In this document: in pieces, positions 53,184-61,314 of the stretch
Layout of the letters: every line of letters starts with the position of its first letter
How positions within the stretch are numbered: the stretch's first letter is position 1
Notes under the pieces: generated by a model
Seen by the model: the letters and a program-made list of their open reading frames with translations, nothing else
Told to the model about the DNA's origin: nothing
Database searches by the model: none
Translations under genes and position numbers: made by a program
Origin: an uncultured delta proteobacterium
Lineage (GTDB): Bacteria > Myxococcota_A > Polyangia > Polyangiales > B10-G4
Reading direction: 5' to 3'
Assembly (NCBI GenBank): GCA_963727445.1
Contig: CAVSGI010000002.1
Span: 32,001 to 96,000 of the forward strand
Length of the DNA: 64,000 nucleotides

Positions 53184-54246
53184 ATGGCCGCGCTCACGCT
53201 CGAGGGGATCCGGAAGAAGCTGGGAGAAAACCAGATTCTTGAAGGGCATCGACCTCGCGGTTGCCGACGGTCAACTGGTCGTGCTCGTGGGTCCCAGCGG
53301 CTGCGGCAAGAGCACGCTGCTGCGCACCATCGCTGGCCTCGAGCTCCCCGACGATGGGCAGGTGCGGATCGGCGAGCGCGACGTCACCCGCCTCGCGCCG
53401 CGGGAGCGCGACATCGCCATGGTGTTCCAGAGCTACGCGCTCTACCCACACCTCACGGTGCGCGACAACCTCGCCTTCGGGTTGAAGCTCCGCGGCGAAA
53501 AGCCGGAGGTGATCTCCGCGCGCATCAAAGAGGTCAGCGCGATGCTCGGCCTGGGGGAGCTTCTGCAGCGCCTGCCGCGCGAGCTCAGCGGCGGACAGCG
53601 CCAGCGCGTGGCGATGGGGCGCGCCGTCGCCCGCCGCGCCGACCTCTATCTCCTCGACGAGCCGCTGTCGAACCTGGACGCGGCGCTGCGGGCGGAGGTG
53701 CGCGTCGAGATCAAGAAGCTCCACGCGGAGCTCGGCGCGACCATGGTCTACGTGACCCACGATCAGGTGGAGGCGATGACCCTCGCCGACGTGCTGGTCG
53801 TGCTGAATGCGGGGCAGGTGGAGCAATCCGGGCCGCCGCTCGAAGTCTACGAGCAGCCGGCGTCGCGCTTCGTCGCTTCCTTCATGGGCAGCCCGTCGAT
53901 GAACTTTTTGGGCGCGCGAATCGAGGCAGGCAAAGTGACGGCCGAGGGCGTCGAGCTGGCCCTCGAGCGCGAGACCGACGACGGCGAGGTGCTCCTGGGG
54001 GTGCGCCCGCACGACGTGATCCACGCGGGCGACGCGGAGTCGGCGGCGCTGCACTTCGACGTCGAAGTGGTGGAGGCGATGGGCTTCGAAGCCTACGCCC
54101 ACGGCAAGGTCGGGCCGGCGCCCTTCATCGCGCGGATCGAAGGAGACGTCGCCCGGAAGACCTCGCCCGGCGATCGCCTCCCGCTCTCGGTCGCCCCCGA
54201 CCGAGTCCATCTCTTCGACCCGAAGAGCGAACGCGCAATCCGATGA
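53184..54246 (+). CDS. malK: Sugar ABC transporter ATP-binding protein, MalK/UgpC-like (frameshift near 53238)
   Basis: GPSGCGKST, VFQSYALYPH, LSGGQRQRVAMGR, DEPLSNLD, YVTHDQVEAMT. Confidence 0.88.
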
Positions 54247-56423
54247 GGCGCGCGCTCCACGCACTGCTCGTCGGCTGGTCTCTGCTCGCCTTCGCGGGCG
54301 GCGCTTCTGCGCAAGAACACCTCGTCCTGTGGCACGCGTACGGCGAGGCGGAGAGCCGCGGCCTCGACGCAGCGATCGAGGACTTCGTGGCCGAGAGCGG
54401 GATCGACGTCGAGGTCGTGGTGAACGCCTTCGGGGCCTACGAGTCCAAGCTCGAAAACGCGATCCCCACCGGACACGGCCCGGACCTCTTCATCGATGCC
54501 CACGAGCGATTGCGCGATTACGCGGAGGGGGGCCTGGTTCGGCCGATGGGAGAGCCCGGGCTGGTCGCCCGCCTCGACCTCGACCCGCGCCACGTCGGCG
54601 CGCTCTCCCTCGACGGTGACCTCTACGGGTTGCCTCTCGCGCTCAAGTGCGCCGCGCTCTACGCCAACACCCGCCTGGTGGATGTCGTCCCGACGGACAT
54701 GGTCGACATCGCCGCCATGCGGACCACGCTTCCCGAAGGCGTCTTCCCCCTCGCGGTCGAAGCCGACAACCCCTACTACGCCGCCGCCTTCCTCCACGCC
54801 TACGGTGGTCGACTCCTCGACGACGAAGGGAACTACGCCTTCGAGGGGGACGCGGCCATCCAGACCCTCGATGTCCTTTCGGAGCTGACCCACCAGGGCG
54901 TCATCCCCGAGGAGCCCAACGGCGATCTCGTCCGCCAGCTCTTCACCTCGGGCCGCGCGGCTTTCGCCATCGACGGGCCGTGGCTCGCGCCCGGTCTCGA
55001 CGAAGCCGACGTGGAGTACACGGTGACGCCCCTGCCCTACCTCGGCGATCCGGGCCGCCCGATGGTGCCCTTCGTGACGGTGGAAGGGATCTTCCTCTCC
55101 GCCGAGAGCCGCGTGCCCCAGCTCGCCGCTCGACTCGCCCGCTACTTGGCGAGCAAGGAAGGATCACTGCCGCGAGCGACCCTCGGCGGACAGATCGTGG
55201 CGTCGCGGACCGCCTGGCAGGACCCGGCGCTCGAGTCCGACGAGACCCTCCTCGCCTTCCGCACCGCAGCGGCGCACGGCATGGTCATGCCCACCCATCC
55301 TGACCAGCAGCTGGTGTGGGAGCCCGCGCGCCGCGCCATTCGCAAGGTGATCCGCGGCGACATGAGCCCAGAGGAGGCGCTCGAAGAGGCGCGGCATCGC
55401 TTCGAAGACGTGACGCGGCCGCAGCCCGAAGCGCGCGATCCCACCTTCGTCCTGGCGGGCATCGGCTTCGCCCTCTTCCTTCTTTGCATCTACGCCATAC
55501 GGCGCGCTCGGGATGACGCCTTCCGCGCCTCGATCCGCAGCTCCATACCCGCCTATCGATGGGTCGCCCACGCGGCCATCGCCGTCGGGCTCCTGGTCAT
55601 CGCACCGCTCGCCGTCGGCGCCATCGCCTCGTTCTTCGCCGGGCGCGGAACCGACATGCACTACGTCGGCCTGGCGAACTACGTCGACATCCTCACCGCG
55701 CGCGGGGGCGACCTCCTGGGACACGGCTCCTTCTGGCTGGTGCTCCTCGTCACGGTCCTTTGGACCGGGCTGAACATCGGCCTGCACGTCGCCATCGGCG
55801 TCGCCCTGGCGCTGCTGCTCAACCGCCCGACGCTCAAGCTGCGCGCGCCTTACCGCGTCCTTCTGATCCTCCCCTGGGCGGTCCCCAACTACGTGACGGC
55901 CCTGTCCTGGAAGGGGATGTTCCACCGCCAGTTCGGCGCCATCAACGCCATCCTCGAAGCGCTCGGCGCCGAGCCCGTGAGCTTCTTCGGCAGCTTCGCC
56001 ACCGCCTTCGGCGCCAACGTCGCGACGAACGTCTGGCTGGGCTTTCCATTCATGATGGTGGTCACCCTCGGCGCCCTCGCCGCCATCCCCAAGGACCTCT
56101 ACGAGGCGGCCGAGGTCGACGGCGCCAGCCGCTGGCAGCGCTTCAAGCTGATCACGCTGCCGATGCTCACACCCATGCTCGCTCCCGCGGTGGCGATGGG
56201 TGCGGTGTGGACCTTCAACATGTTCAACGTCGTCTTCCTGGTGAGCGGCGGCGAGCCCGACGGCTCCACCGAGATCCTGGTCTCGGAGGCGTACCGCTGG
56301 GCCTTCACCCGCGGTCGCCTCTACGGCTACGCCGCCGCCTACGCGGTGCTGATCTTCGGCGTGCTCTTCCTCGGCACCCGAACCATCTCGTCACGCCTCG
56401 ACGGCGCGGGGAGCACGCGATGA
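54243..56423 (+). CDS. Fused maltodextrin-binding protein (MalE-like) and permease (MalF-like)
   Basis: Signal peptide and SBP motifs (LWH, GPDLFI..H, IDGPW), then TM helices with NVWLGFPFMM and the EAA loop LYEAAEVDGA. Confidence 0.88.
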   Translation: MRRALHALLVGWSLLAFAGGASAQEHLVLWHAYGEAESRGLDAAIEDFVAESGIDVEVVVNAFGAYESKLENAIPTGHGPDLFIDAHERLRDYAEGGLVRPMGEPGLVARLDLDPRHVGALSLDGDLYGLPLALKCAALYANTRLVDVVPTDMVDIAAMRTTLPEGVFPLAVEADNPYYAAAFLHAYGGRLLDDEGNYAFEGDAAIQTLDVLSELTHQGVIPEEPNGDLVRQLFTSGRAAFAIDGPWLAPGLDEADVEYTVTPLPYLGDPGRPMVPFVTVEGIFLSAESRVPQLAARLARYLASKEGSLPRATLGGQIVASRTAWQDPALESDETLLAFRTAAAHGMVMPTHPDQQLVWEPARRAIRKVIRGDMSPEEALEEARHRFEDVTRPQPEARDPTFVLAGIGFALFLLCIYAIRRARDDAFRASIRSSIPAYRWVAHAAIAVGLLVIAPLAVGAIASFFAGRGTDMHYVGLANYVDILTARGGDLLGHGSFWLVLLVTVLWTGLNIGLHVAIGVALALLLNRPTLKLRAPYRVLLILPWAVPNYVTALSWKGMFHRQFGAINAILEALGAEPVSFFGSFATAFGANVATNVWLGFPFMMVVTLGALAAIPKDLYEAAEVDGASRWQRFKLITLPMLTPMLAPAVAMGAVWTFNMFNVVFLVSGGEPDGSTEILVSEAYRWAFTRGRLYGYAAAYAVLIFGVLFLGTRTISSRLDGAGSTR

Positions 56424-57271
56424 CCGAGCGGCGCCCTTCTCTGCTCGTGGAGGTGCTGACCCACGCGGCGCTGCTGGCCGCGGTGGTCTTCGCCATCTAT
56501 CCCGTGCTCTGGGTCATCTCCCTCGCGCTCACCGCCGGCGACGCCCCCGAGCCTTCGGTCATCCCCTTCCCGAGCCACCCCAGCCTCGACAACTTCCGCG
56601 AGGTGGTGACGCGCGGCGACGAGGACACCTGGTTCTTCGGCCGCCAGCTCGCGAACTCCCTCTTCGTCTCCCTGGTGACGGCCCTCACCGCCATCGCCAT
56701 CGCCACCCCCGCGGCCTACGGTCTGAGCCGCTTCTCCTTCGTCGGAAAGCAAGCGGGCACGCGCGCGCTCCTCGCCACCCAGATGTTCCCCGGCGTCGCC
56801 GCCGCCATCCCCCTCTACCTGATGCTCGACGCCCTCGGGCTCATCGACACGCTCACCGGCCTGATCCTGGTCTACGCCACCAGCGCCGTGCCCTTCGCCA
56901 TCTTCCAGCTGCGCGGCGCCTTCGACGGCATCCCCAAGGACCTCGAGGAAGCCGCGATGGTGGACGGCGCCACCCGCTTCGGCGCCTTCGTCCGCGTCGT
57001 CCTCCCGGCGGCGCGGCCGGCCCTCGCCATCACCATGCTCTTCGCCTTCATGACCGCGTGGAACGAGTTCATCCTCGCCGCCACCTTCATGACGCGCGAG
57101 GAGACCTACACGCTCCCCGTCGTGCTCCAACGTTACGTGGGCGAATACGAAGCGCGCTGGGGGCTCTTCGCCGCTGGCGCGATCATCGTCTCGATCCCGG
57201 TGATGGCGCTCTTCTACGTCCTTCAGCGCCACCTGGTCGGCGGGCTGACCGCGGGGGGCGTGAAGGGCTGA
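56420..57271 (+). CDS. malG: Sugar ABC transporter permease, MalG-like
   Basis: QMFP, IPKDLEEAAMVDG, WNEF, GGLTAGGVKG. Confidence 0.88.
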   Translation: MTERRPSLLVEVLTHAALLAAVVFAIYPVLWVISLALTAGDAPEPSVIPFPSHPSLDNFREVVTRGDEDTWFFGRQLANSLFVSLVTALTAIAIATPAAYGLSRFSFVGKQAGTRALLATQMFPGVAAAIPLYLMLDALGLIDTLTGLILVYATSAVPFAIFQLRGAFDGIPKDLEEAAMVDGATRFGAFVRVVLPAARPALAITMLFAFMTAWNEFILAATFMTREETYTLPVVLQRYVGEYEARWGLFAAGAIIVSIPVMALFYVLQRHLVGGLTAGGVKG

Positions 57272-57272
57272 C

Positions 57273-57996
57273 TCAGCCCTTGCTCGACCCCTTCTTCGAT
57301 CCGAAGGCGATCGCTTCGAGGCGGTCCACGTCCACAACTTCGATGAGGTCGGGGCTCACTTTCAGCGCGCCCTCGCGCTCGAGATAGGCCAGGCCGCGCG
57401 AGATCTCCTCGCGGACGGTGCCGAGCCTTCCGGCCACCGTCTCGGTCGTGAGGTCGCGCACCAGGTTGCGGGCGTCCTCGCCGCGCGCCGTGCGCCGCGC
57501 CACCAGCGTGCTGATGAACGAGGCCAGACGGGCGGGGACGGTACGGAGGCTGAGGTCGCTCACCAGCGCCAGGTTTCGGTCGGCGCGGCGCGCGCGCAGG
57601 TCCAGGAGCGACTTGAGCACCACCGGGCGCTTGTCGCCGAGCGAGCCCAGCACCTCGTTCGAAACGAGGATGGCGCTGGCGCTGCGCATGGCGATGGCGC
57701 TGGCGGGGTAGCCGCGGCCATCGAATCGAACCCCCTCGACGATGGGGCGACCGGGTCGCGCCAGGTAGAGGATTCTGTTCCCGGCCGTCCTTGCCGCTCT
57801 TGGTGAGCTTCACTTCACCGGTACGAACGATGAAAAGGCCCTCGGCCGGCTGGCCTTCGCTGAAAAGGGGTGAGCCGCGCGCAGCCTTCCGGACCTCCGA
57901 GGCGTCCGCGAGCTGTTTCAGATCGGCCGCCGGGAGTTCATTGATCACCGAGACGTCTTTGAGTAGCTCCTCGGCCGAGCGTGGCGTGATGGCCAT
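57273..57996 (-). CDS. Crp/Fnr-family transcriptional regulator (frameshift near 57772)
   Basis: LFSEGQPA, GEVKL, DGREQ, YPASA, RLA, HTH LGTVREEISR. Confidence 0.85.
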
Positions 57997-58062
57997 CGCT
58001 CGGCAGACTACCACGATCGGGATGGAGATCGACGGCCGAGCTGGGGCATACTCCATCCACCG

Positions 58063-59661
58063 ATGGGGAGCGATGGAGACAACGACTCCGGCCCCCGCGC
58101 CTTCGTTGCAGTAAAGCTGGGGGAGCGGAGCTGGGTGGTGGACCTGCCCAGGGGCAAACACTCCGTGGGCAGCTCCGAAGACGCCGACATGACGCTCCCC
58201 GCGGGCGACGTCGCCGGACGGCATTTCGAGCTCCAGTGGGACGGTCAGATCCTGATGCTGCGGCCGGACAAGTCGCGCCATCCCCTCTTTCTGAACGGCA
58301 AGCGCTTCGAGGACGCCTCGGAGCTGAAGCCCGGCGACGAGATCGCGGTCGGCAGCGCGCAGCTCGTGGTGGGCGTGGCTGTCCCCCCGTCGGCGGGCGG
58401 GCGGCGTGCGCTCACCCATCACGAGTTTCGCGAGCGCCTCTACGAAGAAGTTGCGCGGGCGTCCCGCGGCGGACGGCCCACCACGCTGGTGATGCTCGGC
58501 ACGCCGCCCGGCGAAGGCAAGCGCGTCGCCACCCACGCGCTCAAGCGATTCCGTGCGGGCGACGTCCTCGGGACGTACGCGCACGACGAGCTCGAGATCC
58601 TCCTGCCCGACACGCCCGCCGACACCGCGCAGATGGTGATCGAACGGCTGCTGGGCGAGGTGGGCTCTCTGGGATCGCGCGCCGGTCTGGCGGTCGCTCC
58701 CGAGCATGGGGAGCATCCCGAGCGACTGCTCCGCGCCGCCCGGCGCGCGCTGGCGGCAGCGCAGGCGGGCGAAGCGACGAGCGCGATGCCTCCGCCCCGC
58801 GTGCACAAAGAAGCCGAGCCCGAGGCCCGGGATGGCGCGAGCCAGGCGGTGATCGAGGACCTCGCGAAGATCGCGGATGACGCTGGCTCGGTGCTCCTCA
58901 CCGGCGAGGTCTCGAGCGGCAAAGCGCTCTTCGCGCGTCAGATGCACGACCTCAGCGGCCGCAAGGACGGGCCCTTCGTCGTGATCGCCTGCGCCTCCCT
59001 CCAGGACGACGAGCAGAGCGACGCCTTCGCCCATGCGGTGAAGGAGGCTTCGGGTGGAACCCTTCTCCTCGACGAGGTGGGCGACCTCTCCGAAACGACC
59101 CAGACACAGCTCACGCGGCTGCTCGCGGAAGCTCAGGACGTCCGCATCGTGGCCACCACCCATCGTGCCCTCGCGGGGCTCGTCGAGCGCGAGGCCTTCG
59201 ACCACAGCCTCTACGCGCGCCTCACGGATCACGTCGTCGAGTTGCCGCCGCTGCGCAACCGACCCGAGGACATCATCCCCCTCGCCGAGCACTTCGCCCT
59301 CGAGAGCGGAGCCAAGGCGCCAGTGCGCATGGCCCCCGGCGCCCTCGCTCGCCTCCGCAGCCACCCCTGGCCCGGCAACGTCCTCGAGCTGCGCAACGCG
59401 ATGGAGCGCGCCGTCCACCTCGCGGGGGACGGCGAGATCCTCGCCGAGCACCTCCCCAGTGACGCTCTGCCCGCCGCAGGCGAAGGACGCCTCAGAGAGC
59501 ACGTGGACTCGGTCGAGCGGGACGCCATCGTCAAAGCGCTCGCCGACGCCAACCACAACCAGACCCACGCCGCCAAACGCCTCGGCATCAGCCGCCGCGC
59601 CCTCATCTACAAGATGGAGAAGTACGGGCTGAAGGCGCCACCGGGGCAGGCGAGAAGGTAG
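58063..59661 (+). CDS. FHA + degenerate GGDEF + AAA + Fis-HTH regulator lacking the GAFTGA loop
   Basis: FHA-like N-terminus, GEVSSGK, LLLDEVG, PPLRNR.EDI, WPGNV.EL.N, AAKRLGISRRAL. Confidence 0.85.
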   Translation: MGSDGDNDSGPRAFVAVKLGERSWVVDLPRGKHSVGSSEDADMTLPAGDVAGRHFELQWDGQILMLRPDKSRHPLFLNGKRFEDASELKPGDEIAVGSAQLVVGVAVPPSAGGRRALTHHEFRERLYEEVARASRGGRPTTLVMLGTPPGEGKRVATHALKRFRAGDVLGTYAHDELEILLPDTPADTAQMVIERLLGEVGSLGSRAGLAVAPEHGEHPERLLRAARRALAAAQAGEATSAMPPPRVHKEAEPEARDGASQAVIEDLAKIADDAGSVLLTGEVSSGKALFARQMHDLSGRKDGPFVVIACASLQDDEQSDAFAHAVKEASGGTLLLDEVGDLSETTQTQLTRLLAEAQDVRIVATTHRALAGLVEREAFDHSLYARLTDHVVELPPLRNRPEDIIPLAEHFALESGAKAPVRMAPGALARLRSHPWPGNVLELRNAMERAVHLAGDGEILAEHLPSDALPAAGEGRLREHVDSVERDAIVKALADANHNQTHAAKRLGISRRALIYKMEKYGLKAPPGQARR

Positions 59662-59663
59662 GC

Positions 59664-60412
59664 AGGGGCCGCTCCAACGGAGCGGCCCCCCACGAAAAGG
59701 CTCGGCATCGCGAAGCGTAGGGCCCGCAAAAGGCCGCGCAGCGGCCTGACGCGGGACCGCAGCGTAGCGAGGCCGAGCCGGGATTGCGCCCCCCCCACGA
59801 AAAGGCTCGGCATCGCGAAGCGTAGGGCCCGCAAAAGGCCGCGCAGCGGCCTGACGCGGGACCGCAGCGTAGCGAGGCCGAGCCGGGATTGCGCCCCCCC
59901 CACGAAAAGGCTCGGCATCGCGAAGCGTAGGGCCCGCAAAAGGCCGCGCAGCGGCCTGACGCGGGACCGCAGCGTAGCGAGGCCGAGCCGGGATTGCGCC
60001 CCCCCCACGAAAAGGCTCGGCATCGCGAAGCGTAGGGCCCGCAAAAGGCCGCGCAGCGGCCTGACGCGGGACCGCAGCGTAGCGAGGCCGAGCCGGGATT
60101 GCGCCCCCCCACGAAAAGGCTCGGCATCGCGAAGCGTAGGGCCCGCAAAAGGCCGCGCAGCGGCCTGACGCGGGACCGCAGCGTAGCGAGGCCGAGCCGG
60201 GATTGCGCCCCCCCCACGAAAAGGCTCGGCATCGCGAAGCGTAGGGCCCGCAAAAGGCCGCGCAGCGGCCTGACGCGGGACCGCAGCGTAGCGAGGCCGA
60301 GCCGGGATTGCGCCCCCCCCACGAAAAGGCTCGGCATCGCGAAGCGTAGGGCCCGCAAGAGGCCGCGCAGCGGTTGAGCCTTCTCGTGGGGCCGCTCCGT
60401 TGGAGCGGCCCT
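59664..60412. repeat. Array of six near-identical 105-bp units plus a partial seventh, bracketed by ~38-bp inverted repeats (REP/BIME- or MITE-like)
   Basis: ACGAAAAGG recurs at 59692, 59797, 59902, 60007, 60111, 60216 and 60321. Left end GGGCCGCTCCAACGGAGCGGCCCC..ACGAAAAGGCTC is inverted at 60376-60412. Confidence 0.92.
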
Positions 60413-60413
60413 T

Positions 60414-60452
60414 AAAAGCCGCGACCCGCAGCGAAAACTCGCTACGGGTCGC
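60414..60452 (-). terminator. Intrinsic terminator-like hairpin
   Basis: Minus strand GCGACCCGTAGCGA-GTTT-TCGCTGCGGGTCGC followed by GGCTTTT. Confidence 0.7.
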
Positions 60453-60520
60453 TCGAACTCGCGAGAGAAGACAGAGGGCGAAGGGGGGGGTACGCCAAGC
60501 TCCGTCTCTCTCGCGCTTCG
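60414..60520 (-). ncRNA. Putative sigma54-dependent small RNA (~105 nt) with C8 loop
   Basis: Starts about 12 nt after the -12 GC; long stem with loop UACCCCCCCCUU, then a terminator hairpin; no credible ORF. Confidence 0.6.
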
Positions 60521-60527
60521 ATGCCTA

Positions 60528-60543
60528 AGCGAGGTTCGTGCCA
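60528..60543 (-). promoter_or_regulatory. Putative sigma54 -24/-12 promoter
   Basis: Minus strand TGGCACGAACCTCGCT. Confidence 0.68.
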
Positions 60544-60588
60544 ATCAATTAGCGCTGCAATTTCCGTTGGGGCCGGCCGCGGATCCCC

Positions 60589-60675
60589 CACATCTGAAAG
60601 AGGCTGCCTTTCCTTACGTGAGGATCGTAGACAGGTGTCATTCAGATCTGAAACACCGAAATTTCAGATCTGAAA
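60589..60675. promoter_or_regulatory. Three copies of the palindromic TTCAGAT[CG]TG(AA) enhancer-like site
   Basis: CACATCTGAAA at 60589-60599, TTCAGATCTGAA at 60641-60652, TTTCAGATCTGAAA at 60662-60675. Confidence 0.62.
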
Positions 60676-60685
60676 CGGCCGAATT

Positions 60686-61198
60686 CTACTTGATGACGCG
60701 CAGATACGGCGGCAGAGGCGTTGATCCTCGGCGTTTCTTGTCGCCGGAGCCGGGTCCGGAAGTTTTCCTTCGTTTGCCGGGATCGAGGGGCGTCAGGGGC
60801 GTCACCTCGGCCAGCTCCTCGGTGGGAGGCTGTGGCGCGCGCCGTCCCGCCTCTCGATCGACCTCCGCGGCGATCTCCGCGGGCAGGTCTTCGGGCCACA
60901 CCATCCCCCGGCCATCCTCACCCACCAGGGCGAAGACCGCCTTCCAGGGCACGACGCACGCATAAGGGGTGCGCGAAAAGCTCAGGGTCGCGAAGACCCC
61001 CTCCTCGTCGACCCGCAGATCCGGGATGGGGATCGGCAGATCCAGCCCGATCTGCAGCACGAGCTGGGGCTGTCGCGAGAGCCAGGCCGGCACCTGCACG
61101 CCCTCGAGACGCGGATCGAGGTGGACGAAAACGCTGCCACGAAGGAGCAGCCCTCGGGCTACGTCACGTTTGTCCGGAAGCTCCTCGAGATCCGCCAC
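60686..61198 (-). CDS. sspB: Stringent starvation protein B / ClpXP adaptor-like protein
   Basis: VHLDPR..GV.VP, LVLQIG..PIPIPDL, ATLSF, VPW.AVFA, C-terminal PYLRVIK (ClpX-binding-like tail). Confidence 0.8.
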   Translation of the reverse strand: MADLEELPDKRDVARGLLLRGSVFVHLDPRLEGVQVPAWLSRQPQLVLQIGLDLPIPIPDLRVDEEGVFATLSFSRTPYACVVPWKAVFALVGEDGRGMVWPEDLPAEIAAEVDREAGRRAPQPPTEELAEVTPLTPLDPGKRRKTSGPGSGDKKRRGSTPLPPYLRVIK

Positions 61199-61314
61199 TG
61201 CCAGGTGTTAGCCCATCGGCGGGGGCCTCGCCAATTGCGCTGGGCGCACGCCGCCTCCCCGAGCAACTCACCCTGAACAAGCGTTTTCCCCGTGCGACGG
61301 GTAAGATCTGCCGA

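Noticed and set aside
59664..60412. CRISPR array
   Set aside because: The units are identical along their whole 105 bp with no unique spacers, and no cas genes are present.
59603..60544. Repeat-protein ORFs across the array (313 aa, 145 aa, 92 aa)
   Set aside because: They arise because 105 is divisible by 3; the frame breaks at the C7 unit, there is no RBS, and the sequence is better explained by hairpin structure.
60543..60556. IHF site (AATCAATTAGCGC) next to the sigma54 promoter
   Set aside because: It matches WATCAA but lacks the TTR element and abuts the -24 box; too weak to call.
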